From contig NW_026852469.1 in the NCBI RefSeq assembly GCF_026571515.1, positions 124,001 through 188,000 on the forward strand: a stretch of 64,000 nucleotides of DNA. Reading direction: 5' to 3'. Positions 1 through 14,174 of the stretch are shown here, piece after piece (the stretch's first letter is position 1; each line of letters starts with the position of its first letter). The translations under genes were made by a program, and so were the position numbers. This stretch comes from Ruditapes philippinarum. Its lineage: Eukaryota. The notes under the pieces are model-generated. The model saw only the letters and a program-made list of their open reading frames with translations, was not told where the DNA came from and did not search any database.

Positions 1-170
1 GTTCTACTTGGTCATGCTCTTTTCTATTTAATTCAATTCTGTTCTGTAAACAGTTAAGTCAATACAATTCACATACATCAAGTAAACGCACAAAGAAGAA
101 ATAAAATAAATAATAATTAAAGTATACATGCATTCTTATTTCTGAATTATTGTAAAATAAATTACCCTAC

Positions 171-427
171 CTCTTTCAGCAATAATACTCCGACTGCATG
201 CAACGTTCTTGATTCGATACAGAATTATTATAAAAGTCCTCTAAGACACGATAAAACGTTATTGGATTGTCTTGTAGCGTTCCAAGCTTTAAATACTGAG
301 ATACATTTTGTCGATATTTGCTTCTGCGCTGCGTGGAATAATCAATAATGTCCATAGACGCTGGCGTTGGCAGCAACAAGATTTTCTCATAATTCTTTGC
401 CGTCGTTGTAAAATTGCAAATGAGATA
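171..427 (-). other. Candidate exon of an unidentified gene or pseudogene
   Basis: Bounded by a cttctacag acceptor and an AG|gtaggg donor. One frame is open for ~80 codons (YLICNF...SEYYC*) but stops just before the donor. No recognisable domain. Confidence 0.25.
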
Positions 428-3400
428 CTGTAGAAGTGTGTTTACTGATTAAGAATTCGATGTCACATGTCAAAGATTAGGAGATATTTATCATACCATT
501 AGTGTATATTGATTTATCGATGAATATTGATTAAGTTTACATATAATGCAATTCAAACATTCCAATTTATTTACTTTAATGTAAGTCTCGATCAGTCAAC
601 AATACATGACCATATTTTGTTAATATCCTTTTTTGTTTAGCAATAACAGTTTGGGCTCAGTTGTATATTAAACATCAAACTAATATCAACCCATTCGTGC
701 GGAATTGTTTCTTAATACCTTATACGCCAATAATATTACATCAATTTTATAAGATGATGTAAAGTGAATGGATTAAAACAAACTGCTGTTAAACTTGCTT
801 TAATTAATATAATTATTTCCATATGGAACCACTTCTAATCTATAAGACTTTGAAATATTTTAGACATGTATCATAATTGATAAAAGCAATGTGATCAAGA
901 AAAGTTGTGAAACATAATTAATATTATGTCACTAATAAAAATTAGAAATTAAATGGAAAAATTAATACCCGGAAGAAAAAAAGTAAACTAATAAAAGGAA
1001 CGTTAAGGAATGCATTAAGGTTATTGGCAAACACGGGTCAGTAACATCAACAAATATATTATTTTACCAACGAATTGAATATTGGTTTTCAAGCAGACGA
1101 CGTTTCGATCGATGCGACAATGTTTTAATTAGGGCATCGTTGCCAAACTTCAATGGATAGAGTATCGATTTCGTGTTAAGATATACAAATAGATGTCAAA
1201 ATACAGGCACTGGCAAAGACAACAATTAATAAATGACCTTATATTTTGTTGGAAAGTATGTTTTATCAATCTACGGTTGGTTTTATCAATACCGGTTAGA
1301 AGCAACATGATAAAATAATAACATTGACTGTATAACTTAAATAATGGGACAATATATGTCATAAGGCGACTTTCTTGCTTTACTGGTAAAGTGATCCTCC
1401 GTACAAAAGGGAATCCAATTTCATTTTCTTGTGTGTATTTCTGTTTAAGTCCGCTGGTGGAATACTAACAATAAATTGGTCCATTAGTGAAGTACAAAGT
1501 ATGTAAGTTTACAATGTTTAAGTTAAACTTCAAAAAGTCGTAATTCCGTATATGAAAAGTGCTATCATTATAACCCGTCCTTACGTAAGTCATATAACAT
1601 TTTCAAGTCCCGTAAAGAACGAGAACGATTTTCAGGGTGTCAGTTTCAATGTTTTTTTCTCCGTATTTTCAAATTATAAATCATTGATATATATTGTTAA
1701 AAATAAAATCGAACGATCAAAATGTACGAGTATGTGTAGCACGATGTTGAAAAAAATACTAGTAATTCAATTTAAACATTTCAATGATGTTCTCCCACTA
1801 ACGTATACTTGAGAATATCTAAAACTGGCTGTAAGGAAAAGCCTGCTTCCTGATGACTAAAGAGTAGAATAACTGCTGAATTTAATATAACATGCCCCTT
1901 TCCATTAATTTTGTATTTGTCGTGTAACAGTAAATATGAAAGAGACAGCGGATTACCACGTTAACAATGTGCAGCTTACATACTTGACATATATAGCACA
2001 TTTTCATAAAAGACAATAATGTTCTAAAACAAATCTGTAAGCATAACTGCTTCATTTAAGCTTGGATAAAAGTCGAAAAAGAGAAAGGACATGAGTTAAT
2101 TTCATACGTTTCGTGGTGTTTTTTTTGTTTGTTTTTTTTTTGTTTTTTTTTTGTTGTTGTTGTTGTTGTTTTTTCCATTTTCTTTTTAATTTTTAATATT
2201 CTCAATAACGAAACTGGATCTTCTCTGGTATTGATATATGTATTGTAAAACAATGATCGAACCAACAACTGCTTGCACTCTGGGTAATCTGAAATTTTCA
2301 AGTGCGAATAAAACTATTATAATTAGTAAAATAACCAGTAAAATAGTTAAATGCATGGTTCTTTCCCTTTGATTTAGAATCGCCCATGAAACTTTTAAAA
2401 TGTCAACATCGGTGAGTTTTTCATGCTGCATATTGTTTCGCAAATTCATCTTTGTTCATTTCAGGAATAAATTTTTGAGCTGTTTCATCTCCCACCTCTA
2501 CCAAATGAGCGCCCAAGCTTTATAATTATGATACTCAATAAGATGAACTTTTATCCCTTCTGGGTACAAATAGATTTGGAGATAAAATACACGCTATAAT
2601 ATCCCATTTCAATTTGGTATAATTTTTACCTTTGCACTGAAAGAACTGGAAAACAGCAAATTTTAACAGTAAATCAAACACTACCAGCCAAGGTGTTCGA
2701 AACAGTGAAATGGAAAATTGCTTCGTTTTGAAATGTTTTCACGCTGTTCAAATGTCTTCACAGTGAGTCAGATTTGCTTGCTATAACCATTATTTAATAT
2801 ATATTTTTCATTAACACGTATGTCACTAATATTGTATTTCTTTCACGATGAACAGACTGAGATATTATGTTTATTTTGAATATCATCTGAATATTTACAC
2901 GCCTTTCATCTGCCTTTCCAAAGCGATAATTAGGATGGTTGAAAATATCATTAGAACAGAAGATAACAGTACATATATTTAACATATATACAAAGCACAC
3001 ACAAACACAGAAAATAGCAATTTAAATTAGATTGCCATGCCGATAATTGACAGGTATCACAATGTTAACTGATGTTGTGTATACATCGATAGGCTTGATC
3101 AGAGTTGTGGTGCATTTTTAAAGTAAAATAGTTGTGTTGTTATTTTATCAATTCAAGTTAAATCTATCGATGCCAAGTGTTCATGTCCCCTTTATAATGA
3201 CAGTGTAATAAAAGCAAACAGTGTTTTGTTACAGCATGCCATTGCGCACTACATTGTTAAAACATTAACTCTTTTGATAGAGTCGTTGGCGGACTCATCA
3301 ATACATTCCGTTCACATGTACAGTGTTAAGTAATATGTTTTCAAGAAAAGGAGACATTTATATAGATACCTGTGCTGCATTCTCATTATACATGTTTTTT

Positions 3401-4427
3401 AAAGCATCGGCATCAAATGTGCATGTAAATAAATGGCATCTGTATACAAGCTTACTTTACCAGGATATCTATACTACGTGACAGGTGATTGTTTATGAAC
3501 TACAACATAGATTTAGGACAACTGGTACGTGGCGATTAATAACGGCATGTTTTGTTAAAGAACCACATTTTGTTTGACAGCTGCAAAGTACTAATAATCA
3601 AGTTATTTCTATGTATTTCTGTCGAGACAATAGTGATGGTGATATATTTCCGCTGTGCCAGAAACGATTTCATGTTATTTGTGTACGTTCCACACCCACA
3701 TATTGCCGTTCACCTGCAAGATTTGACATTCAATTGTTCTATGAATTCACCTGGCCTCTATTCTGATGACTGATAATTATATAATTTATTGACTTATCCT
3801 GCACCTATTTCTGATAAAAAAGACAATGGCATACCTTGGAAATACATTTTGAAAGAATATCAAAACGTAAAACAAGTATTTTAACATCACTTGATCTTGT
3901 ATCAGTTTATGGGTATTACGTATCCATATTTATTTTCATATTTACTATGAAAAATGTGATACTTTCTGAAATTTCAAATCAAATTTCAGTAGAAGTTTCC
4001 TATGTCATTTCTGAGATTTTGCCAGAAAGTCAAAACAAAGTGTCTGCTTTAGAGGAATGAAAATGTTCGGTATAAACATTATCTATCATGTCATCTAAAA
4101 GACCGGTGCGTGTTACAAATAAACCGTAAGAATTAGTGATCATTTTTGATATTCTTAAGATGTTTTGAACATATTTTGTTAATTTCATTTAAATAGTTCA
4201 GATTCTTTATACAAAATAAGTATTTTCAAAAAGGAAATGAATAAATTTTGTCTAGCGTAATAACTCTTAATATTCATTTATTTACTTTTCACCAACTTTG
4301 TAATGGTCATATGACGACATTCCAGCTTTATAGGAAGAAAAGCTCAGGTGCTTCGCTGATAAATTAAGATAAGTATCCGCATTTCATATTGTTCATGACT
4401 TCGACATAAGGTATAAATAAGGCCTAA

Positions 4428-4434
4428 GTGTGTG

Positions 4435-4474
<40 letters not shown>

Positions 4475-4503
4475 CGTGCGTGCATGCAGGCGCTCGTGTG
4501 TGT
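4428..4503. repeat. (TG)n/(TGCG)n microsatellite
   Basis: Directly visible dinucleotide and tetranucleotide runs. Confidence 0.95.
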
Positions 4504-5497
4504 GGATCACTCTACATTTATTACGTTTAAATAGCGGAAACATTTATAAATTCATAAATAAAAACGTCAGTGACATTATTATCGCATAGTGACATACTTG
4601 ACAAGCTTATGAGAGTAGCGTGTATTTTAGAAACAGTACTTGAGAAATTATGAGTACAAGTACAGAATCTTTTCGCATTTATACTGATAACTGAGTGCAA
4701 CGTAACTAACGGTAATCAGAAAAACACAGTACTTGTACCTAGAGTACTTAATACACTTGTAACCCATTTCAAGTAAATACTATGGTATTTAATCAATTAA
4801 TATTTTGAAAACATCAACAAACTATATATGTGATTCAACCATATGAGTTTTCGTTATTTCCGTTTTCCGCCCCTCAAAAGAAAATTTCAGGTAGGACAAG
4901 TGTAGGTAAAAAAGGTGAAATTAAAATATGTGTTATGCATCATCATGATATCTATACATACTTCATTTCCCAAATGCATCAGAGCCTAACTACGCAAATA
5001 AGAAATGTTGAAAGGCAATTTCAATGTAAAGGCAATTCCGCTTGATATTGTGATACATGTAAACACGAAGTAAATAAACCAGGTTTGTCGATTACATTGA
5101 ACAAATAATTTGTGATAGCAATATCACAAATTATGGCAACCAGTTATGCCTTTTTATCAATAAAAACATTCTAATACACATATATTATATTCAAAGGAGA
5201 GATGAAGGAAATAGACTTTGACATTGTCTTTATAAAAGGTATTGCAGTGTCTTGTGAGCACCGGATTATTATTAAATGATCTTCTTGTAAAGCCACTGGT
5301 GGTCTAAATTGACATTTTTTAAATAAAATTCTAGTCAAAAACAATTCCAGCAAGAAGTAGGTTATGTCATATAAAGGTTTGATTTATGATTTTAGCACTT
5401 AAGGTTACGTGTCTCTTGTTAACAATTCTTCAAAGCAATATTTTGTCTTGCTGTTTTTTGTTTGTGTTTTTTTGTTGTTTTTTTTTTTGTTAATATT

Positions 5498-5904
5498 TTA
5501 GAATGAGAAATCCGTTGAACATATTCCAGTATCAGGGTCACTTTCCCAAAGAGCGCCCCCATTTGTTCTTGCAGCTTTAACTGAAACCTTATCCAATGCT
5601 TTCAGTAAGGTAGAAGTACTATATGAATGGCATGTTGACCATCTACTTGTATCATCGAGTCCTAGGCCTCTAAAAATTGCTTGGTCATTGGCAACGATCT
5701 CAAAATACAAATATTTGTCCGATGTGATGCAAAGTTGAAGATTAAACATGTAAAGTCCTCCAACAGGTGCCGTGAATATTCCAGTTGTTTTGTCATACGC
5801 TGATCCATTGTTTGACATAATTGATGAAAATACCAGTGTTTCTTTTATAGCAGGTGACTTATTCTTGATTCCTCTTGCACTAAAGTGAATTATTTCTGCT
5901 TTAT
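5498..5904 (-). CDS. C1q-domain gene copy 1, exon 2 (globular C1q domain; C-terminal 1-nt frameshift)
   Basis: Acceptor ttttcacag| at 5905-5906, phase 1 matching exon 1. Motifs IHFSAR, LVFSSIMSNNGSAYDKTTGIFTAPVGGLYMF, DKVSV. The last strand WNMFNGFLI is present only out of frame. Confidence 0.9.
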
Positions 5905-7937
5905 CTGTGAAAATACAAAAAATAACAGAAATTATAAAGATTAATATCAACCAAAGTGCAATAAAATGAAATGATAAGTTCCATACACACTACACCAATA
6001 ATGATAATAATAAAATCTTAAAGCGCTTTTAAAACACTCAAAACACTTTGGTTATTTGTGTTGAATGTTAGATATAAAGCACAATTAAATATCATTGTCA
6101 CATGATCTTTCTCTTTCATGTGCTGAAGCCGTCTAAGAAAATTCTTGTGCATGATTTTGAATTTGTTATAATCATTTAAATGGGCATAACTCTATCACAA
6201 ATGGATTGCAGGTAAACTCAATCTAAATCTATGTTTGTATAAAATTTAATGCCAAAACAATCACAATAATTACAACCCTTAAACCTGTAAAATATGTAAT
6301 TCATCAAAAGTTATTCTGCAGAAACCACTAATATTTTTTTGCTGAAAATATGCGTATAATGGACATAACTCTATCAATAACGAGTTGATTGAACGTAATC
6401 AAATACTTCAACAATTATAACAAATATTCTCACATGCACAGGAAGAAAACGGTGAAAACGATTTAAAACTTCCCAAAATAAAACATTTTTCACCTCTCCC
6501 TCCGACAAAGCCTTTTAAGACAAGGGCGTATATCGGCTTATTTTGAGTATACGCTTTGATCATCAAGCTTGGTTTATTTCATTTTAAAACATTTTCTTTT
6601 TTTTTTTTGTTAGTTTTCTTTTGTTTCATCATAACTTAACAAGAGATATAATCAAGGAAAATATTGCTTTAAATGATGATGGTCATATTTATTACATTCC
6701 TTATACGTTTTCAAAGATTTGTTTACATTTAAAACATCTAAAGCCACGTCGTAGAATTATTTTTTATTAGTATTAAGTCCGTGGTTATTATGAATAAATG
6801 CCGAGGACGTTATTTATGCGATATGGAGGCCGTATAAAGTCGCCCTTACTTATGATCAAAGATGTTATTTTTTCCATTTTTTAAGAAAGTTCAGCACAAC
6901 ATTACTGTATGTACATGTTACGTGTTTTTTTAGTTTCTTATATTGGACCATTTTCATCTTGGTTGGTTCCAGCATTCCTACTTTAATACTGTATAATCAC
7001 CCTTAGGAATGTTTTCTGCTTTATAAAATTGTCGTTTTACGTTTTGTCTGTGATATACAGGTTCCATCACCTCAAATCCCCACTCAAAATTCCATTTTAT
7101 TTAGTTCTGCCCATGGTTTTCTCGTTTAGGGCAAACGCATTCCTTGAATTGAGGACCACGGAATAGCAATAACATGTAACATTGAAGGTTCCATAATACT
7201 GGCCGTATGAACACATATGCAGATATTTCTTAATTCAAAATTTTACCATTTCAACTGAATATTGCTTAAGCCGGTGCTAGGGGTGTGGACATTAACTTGC
7301 ATTTTACAGTAACCATGAACAGGCTCAATTCAACCGAGCTTGCAACATTTTCAATTTGTCGTTTTTGGCGTTCTTTGGGGTTTCCATTTTATTCTATTTT
7401 AAGTTCGGATCATGTGATTTTTTATGAGAACTTAAACGTAATTTGAGCAAACACAGCTTAATTGACAATTCAAGGGAAAAATACATCAGTTTTATTGTGA
7501 GAAACTAGATTCTACCGTATTGAACTTTGTAAGTTTTAATATACATAAAGGAAGACACTCTGTAAGTTACTGTACTGTAGAGTACAGATACAGGAATTTC
7601 AATAGAGAAACATCAAGTAGATCTTATTAAAAATAGTGCTACTATCAAGTGTATTAAAGACATTTATACACGTGGAAAGTGATAATCTGGAATGAATAAT
7701 GCACTCGGACCGACTATCACCATCCGGTCCTACCTTTCCGTATATAAACCTCTTATTTAACACCGCTGTGACCAAAATTGATTCTTACACAATCGTACAA
7801 AATTATTGTGTGACGAAAAAGTAGTCTGATTAACTACTGTACTACCTGAACGATTACTATTAATATGAAAACTACTTGAACAGATATAAATCGTTTCCGT
7901 ATTCAAAAACACAAAAACAGTACATGTCAAACTTTAC

Positions 7938-8220
7938 CTTTCTCAGGTTTTAAGTCCTTCAAAATATTTTCAATATCCACGATCCTTGATGTTATTTGTT
8001 TAAGCATTTTGGTAGATTCAGTTCGTTCAGTTGTTATATAAGCCAATGTGTCGTGAAGGTTTCCTTTAGTTTCATCAACGTCCGCCTTAAGTTTGTCCAC
8101 TAAAATCTCCACCGTAATCATCTTTCTTAATGTTTGCTCCTCATAGTGAAATTTTGAACATGATTGTTCTGCTGATAACAAAGCCAAAGAGCAGAAAAAT
8201 ATTCCTAGGGATCGGAACAT
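7938..8220 (-). CDS. C1q-domain gene copy 1, exon 1 (signal peptide + coiled coil)
   Basis: ATG at 8220, hydrophobic leader MFRSLGIFFCSLALLSA, CSKFHYEEQTL motif, heptad-like helix, donor G|gtaaag. 283 nt (phase 1), same length as the paralogous exon at 24196-24478. Confidence 0.9.
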
Positions 8221-8292
8221 CGTCACTTACTGGGATGTTTATTATTATCTCCCTGTAAAGTTTATGAAAGATCTGTACTTTAGGTAGCGATG

Positions 8293-8298
8293 TTTATA
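8293..8298 (-). promoter_or_regulatory. Putative TATA box of C1q copy 1
   Basis: TATAAA ~73 nt upstream of the ATG, at a position conserved in copy 2 and in the duplicated promoter. Confidence 0.6.
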
Positions 8299-8964
8299 CA
8301 AACCATCATAAGGGCTGGTCATAATTTTCTGTTAACATTACTAACTGTTTGTGATTACTCTGACACGTGACAAAAATTTATTTAAGATGATACGGTGGAA
8401 AGTTTAAAGGAATAAAAAGAGTAATGCTTTTTCAAATTTATTCCTAAGAAATTTATAAAGTGACATATCAGACAAAATGTTTGTTTTTTTATCTCAATTT
8501 TTGCTTTATCATTCTAGATCAAATTATAAAAAATAAGTCTCTTATGGTGTATTGCACGTCGAACCAATTTGTTCGGCCACATTTTAGATACATAATTCTT
8601 CTACTTTTACACCTCTGACGTGTCTTGCTTTTGTATATTTGTATCTTACTTAGACACTGCATTAAATATTGCAGTGAACAATATCCGAATAGAGAGTTAG
8701 GTCAGATCGTAATGAAGTAATACCTGCTAGCAATGCGTAATTACAACCTTTATTTTAGTCAAATTGACACATTTGTTATTGCAAGCAAATATTGACAATC
8801 ACTATTTCTTCATCTGTTCTCGAAACGTCATGATTTTGTAATTCGGCATATCAATATATTTATTTGGATTTTTATGTTATATTAATTAAGATGATTGACA
8901 ATATATTGTATCAGCTTTACATAATTGAGTATCAACTAGGCTTGAACTTTGCGAACATCCCTTT

Positions 8965-10550
8965 ATGTAAAAACATACAGAAGTAATACATTGTGAGTTC
9001 CTTATGAAAGTCTTACATCTTAGAACAAGTACACCCCTGTATATGCTATATGCAGAATCTGGCAGATACCCAATTAATATTACAATTAAATGCAGGATGA
9101 TTGGTTTCTGGAACAGATTAATATTAGGAAACAGAAATAAAATTGCATACAAAATATATCAATATATGATTAATTGCCAAGATTTTGAATTTAAATGGCT
9201 CAGCTACATTAAAAGTATACTTTCAAATACTGGTAGGAATGACTTATGGCTAAATCAGACAAATATTCAGAGCAAAACGATCAAATGTGTTATTAAACAG
9301 GTACTTTTAGATCAGAATTATCAAATGTGGCATGAAACTCTACAAAATTCAAGCAAAGGGAGAAATTATTCTATATATAAAGAAAATATATGCCTTGAAA
9401 ATTATTTATTGACTCTTGATAAGGGAGATTTTATAAATATGATTAAATTTAGAACAGGAAACCATTTTTTCCCGATAGAAATCGGCAGATGGGAAGGTAC
9501 AGATTTTTCTGAGAGAAAATGTTCTCTTTGTAGTTTAAATGACATAGGAGATGAACTCCATTATCTGTTGAAATGCACCTTTTTTGATGACCACAGAAAA
9601 AAATATATTAACAGATATTATTATAGGAATCCAAACATTATAAAATTTAAAATGTTATTAACGAATTCAAGTCCTATGCAATTACAAAAACTTTGTAAAT
9701 TCATTAAATACTATTTGAAACAATATGGAGGTAATGTTTGTAACAAATCATGCAATATAATGTTTGTCAGGGAAAAAAATGCTTATTTATATTTTTCGAA
9801 ATTCTGTCAATTGCCATTATCTGTTCATATTAAGACTTCATGTTTGCTTCACGCTGACTATTGTTGTCATCTTTAATATGCTATATAGAATGTATATTAA
9901 TGCCATAACATGCAAACTGTATAATAACGCAATATATACTAGTAACCCGATTCTACATTGCAAATCAAATTAATGTTCCCAACCACTTCCCTACCTGTCT
10001 AAACATGGCATAAGTCTAAAAACGCAACACAAATTAATAAATTAATATCATAAGAAAAAAGGTTAAACAATTAGTTTTGCGCAAAATACCTTTTTTCTGT
10101 TGACAAGTACGCACATTAATCCGTGTTTGTTTTTTGTTTGTACTAGTAAATAAAGACATACTTTCTAGAAGCGCGACACACTTTAACTCTGTCACGATTC
10201 GCACGATCTAATTCAAGGTCAACAAATTTGAACCAATCAGATAAGACTGAAATAGACACGAATGCCAATACTCCTACAACTGTCTATAGTCTGTTTTAAG
10301 ATTCATACCATTTTCACACCTGTATAAATATACGACTTCACCGTTTGGAATAATTCTCGCATCGCCCCCCCCCCCACTCCCCTCATCAATGTACTTATTA
10401 TAATAAATGAATATTTAAATTTACTGAAAATATCGCTTTATAATACTGTTTGCATACACCACATGTCATGTGTTTTGAAATTTGCATTTACTCTGAAATC
10501 TCATATGTCTTTTGATTTGAGATAATAATGTATTGTTCTGTTCTGTTCTG
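8965..10550 (+). mobile_element. 5'-truncated non-LTR retrotransposon (RTE/RTEX-like 3' end)
   Basis: ORF 9004-9876 with STPLYMLYAESGRYP, FRTGNHFFPIEIGRW and a CxxC...H...C knuckle (CSLCSLNDIGDELHYLLKC); ends in a (GTTCT)3 tail. The flanks are nearly contiguous in the paralogous region at ~25655-25690 (empty site). Confidence 0.8.
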
Positions 10551-12438
10551 TAATTTGTAAACATATTTTTACAGATAATAAGATAACTTTCAACCCAGGG
10601 ATAAAAAACAAACGTTTTTGTTTTCGAGATACATTGAGATAAAATATATGTTCGCAATTTTCTTTTTTATATCAAATTACAATGTCCTGTAGCACACATC
10701 AATCCAAATATTTTCCTTCGATGCATGTTAAACATGATAATGGAAAATCAACACCTTGTTTTCGTCTTTACTCTAGTGATGTGTTATAAAAGATACTTAA
10801 GGGATTACTTTAGTGATACTTACCGATATTGGTCCGATATTAGTACTTAAGAACCCAAGCAAAGGTTCATATTAAAGAAAGTTTTCAAATGAAATTACAA
10901 ATGAAAATACAAAATAATTTCTACCAAACATTAATTTAGATTGATGAATAACATAATTGGTTCAATTCATCAAACAAATGTTAACCAAAGAAAATCAGTA
11001 AACTTTTTATAAGAAGTGTAATAGTTTAATGCCTGGTATATTATACATTTTCTACATAATTTTGTTTAGAACGGACACTTTTCTTTGCTATTCACTATTA
11101 TGAATAATAATTATCAATAAAAACAACATGAAATTAAAAGATGGAAAAGTCAATGTCTCTTTTGATATTGAAATACTCTGATTTTCGATTTCATTAATAG
11201 TATAATATTCTTAAAACAACGAACAATTCTATTCTCATAAACCACGTGTAACACAACGTACCCTATGTGTAATACGAGAAATGATAAAAAATGACCGGAG
11301 TCTATAGATGTTTCATAACCTGTTTATAAGCCCATTATGCCTTAGAAATGCTTTTTTTTCAAAAGCTTTTTAATTATTATATACTTTAATAGTATCCAAA
11401 CCGAAAGCATAGAATCTGTAAGATTCTATTATTTGAAAAAAATACTATTCATTTAATACAAAAATATTAAAGTTAACACATTTTATTTTAATTCAAGTTT
11501 ATAAAGAAATTCTTAACAAACGAGCAAAAACAAACATACAAGAAAGAATGTTTACTCTGGTGAGAATCCATAAGATTTTTATCTGTTTATATAAACAAGT
11601 ACTGTTAAATTATTTTTTGTTAAATATTCTAAAAGAAACACAACCAATCTTAATTCAAATTTAAAAAAAATTGTTATCAAACAAACAAACAAACACAAAC
11701 AATCAAGAGAGAATGTATACTCTGGTTCCAAAGAAAACTATATAACTTTGTATACAGATAGAAGCGTCACATACACCAATAACTGTCATATTTGCCAAAT
11801 GCGTACCAGTTTTGACGTGTACTTGACAACGATATCAAAAGCATTTAATCCCAAAGGGTAAATATTCACATCTGTTTGCTCACAGTCTGTATATGCATGT
11901 TATCTAAATAAACTTTTCATAAAATAATAAAATAGGCGACAGATATATGTCATACTTTGATCAGATAAACTTTACTAAATTTCTTAATCATAAGAGTGAG
12001 AAACACAGAATTTCACAAAACAAATTGTTTGTAATTAGTAGCGTTACGAAATCATGATGCTTAATTTCTAAGACCTGGATTTTATATTTGTCGGTAAAAA
12101 TTGTGTGATCTTACCAAAATGAAAATATGGAATGTGAAATATAAGAATGCAGGCTGAAACAACATATAAATAAATCTATAACAATCTTTAACACTTTAAC
12201 AACTGTTCAACTGACATAAAAGATAAGCTATTTAAGTTCGGTAGTATGAATTGATATCTCTTAGAATTTGTTCATCATTATACAAATTATTTCAAATAAC
12301 ATACTTGTCTAAAACAATTTCAGCAAGAAGTAGGTGAAGTCATAAAAAGATTTGTTTTTAGCAAATCAGCAGCATCCTAGTTTACTTGTCTCATTTTAAC
12401 AATTCTTCAAAGCTTTATTTTATTTATTTATTTATCTT

Positions 12439-12851
12439 CTATTTTAGAATGATAAATCCGTTAAACATATTCCAGGCGTCGGAGTCACTTTCCCAAAGAG
12501 CGTTCCCGTTTGTACTGGCAGCTTTAACTGAAACCTTATCCAATGCTTTAAGTATGGTAGAAGTACTATATGAATGGCATAATGACCATTTACTTGTATC
12601 ATCGAGTCCTAGGCCTTTGAAAATTGCTTGGTCATTGGCAACGATCTCAAAATACAAATATTTGTCCCGATTGATGCAAAGTTGAAGATTAAACATGTAA
12701 AGTCCACCAACAGGTGCCGTGAATATTCCGGTTGTTTTGTCATACGCCGATCCATGGTTTGACATAATTGATGAAAACACCAGTGTTTCTTTTGCGGCAG
12801 GTGACGCATTCTTGATTCCTCTCGCACTAAAGTGAATTATTTCCGCTGTTT
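12439..12851 (-). CDS. C1q-domain gene copy 2, exon 2 (intact globular C1q domain)
   Basis: Acceptor ttttaacag| at 12852-12853, phase 1. Reads ETAEIIHFSARG...GSAYDKTTGIFTAPVGGLYMF...WNMFNGFIILK*. Spliced protein is 231 aa. Confidence 0.92.
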
Positions 12852-13031
12852 CTGTTAAAATACAAAAAGACAGAAACTATGCAGATTAATATTGACCAGA
12901 TTGCAATTAAATAAAATGATAATTTCCATAATCAAAGCGCTGAAAGCACTGCTGGGGCGCATTATGTTGATTGTATAGTGGTCTATTGTTACAAGCAGAT
13001 GCCATTCCTACTTTCAAAGCAGAAAACAATA

Positions 13032-13431
13032 TTTTTTTACTCGATTATTCGATAAGAATAAGTAAATTATCCTAGTCATCTGAACGTCGGCGTCTATCAC
13101 CTCAATTTTTTTCCCGAAGTCCATTGACATATGGCATTAAAACTTTGCCACACTTGATCCCGATCAGGATCCATATGTTAAAGATTGCCTTTATGGTTTC
13201 AAGATATTTTCGTATTCCATAGACATCTGGCTTTGAAATAAATTGAAAATTTATACATTTCTTTGCAAGCATACTAGCTAGGACTCTCTCCCATGCTTAT
13301 ATCTGTAGAATGGTTTTTTAAAACAAATTTGGTCCTTTTGTGAACTTAAAATATTTTAAATAACCAAGGTTCTTCTATTGTCAAGCACTAAGCATAAAGT
13401 TGAGTGTACTGTCCTACCGACAGCTATTGTA
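13032..13431 (+). mobile_element. Degraded DINE-1/HINE-like non-autonomous Helentron
   Basis: Ends tttttactcgattattcg... and ...ctgtcctaccgacagctattgt; inverted relative of the 13631-14174 element. Confidence 0.5.
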
Positions 13432-13481
13432 TACCTTGTGAAATATAACTCCTTCAAACTTTTGTTGAGTTATTATTATAC

Positions 13482-13625
13482 TGTCATGGTTCAGAACTGT
13501 TCACTATTAAGGGGAGAAGATGTGTAAGCGGCCGGAAAGCTCAGTCGGTAGAGCCGCGGAACGGTATTCCGAGGGTCCCGGGTTCGAGTCCCTGTCAGAC
13601 TGCACATTTTTCTCACCCTGTGACA
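13482..13625 (+). mobile_element. 144-bp solo LTR containing a tRNA-like sequence (Helenus-type TRIM)
   Basis: TGTCA...TGACA termini, 4-bp TSD ATAC (13478-13481 / 13626-13629), A box AGCTCAGTCGG and B box GGTTCGAGTCC within 13528-13603. Confidence 0.75.
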
Positions 13626-13630
13626 ATACT

Positions 13631-14174
13631 TACGCAAGAACTGTCTGAGGACAGTAAGGCTCGACTATTCGAAAAAAGTTGTCAAAAGGGTGTTAATTGA
13701 GTATATGAACACATAAAACTGACGGAAAAGGTACAAAGGCTTGGATTAAGATGTTTTATCAAGTAAATCACTGCTTTATTATCATGAATGCATAAAATTC
13801 TCCCAAAAAAAGGCACAAACCCTTCAGTAGTTATGGAGATAACATGCTTACAAGCAAAACTTTACCATTAATCTCTTAGTTGAAAAGGGGAGAAAAATCA
13901 GCTTAAATGCTAGATAAAATTATGGATCTTGGTCAGTAACCTACATGTACAATTATGACCCTAAATGCATGTGAAGTTTTAATATTGTAGGCAGAGTTAT
14001 TCAACTTCTCAATCTGATTGTACATTGTTACTATAAATAACTATTGTAAGTTTCAATTGAATATCTCAAGCAATAATCGAGATATTTGACTTTAAAATTA
14101 ACTTTAACCAACGCAGACGCGGACGCTGGGTTACTACAATAGCTCTCATATTTTTCAAATAGTCGAGCCTAAAA
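13631..14174 (-). mobile_element. DINE-1/HINE-like non-autonomous Helentron
   Basis: Asymmetric IR GCTCGACTATT / AATAGTCGAGC, hairpin ctgtc-tgag-gacag, GACGC microrepeat near one end. Confidence 0.65.

Noticed and set aside
2186-2640. ORF with a TM-like stretch (LTILLVILLIIIVLF) and coding-like neighbours
   Set aside because: Stops in all frames around it and no recognisable domain. At best a decayed pseudogene that I cannot assign.
5905-5950. Apparent signal peptide MILIFIISVIFCIF on the 150-aa ORF
   Set aside because: It is the intronic pyrimidine tract upstream of the acceptor; the real leader is in exon 7938-8220.
13528-13603. Functional tRNA-Thr(GGT) gene
   Set aside because: Mismatched acceptor stem, no U33 in the anticodon loop, and it lies inside an LTR-like unit with a TSD.
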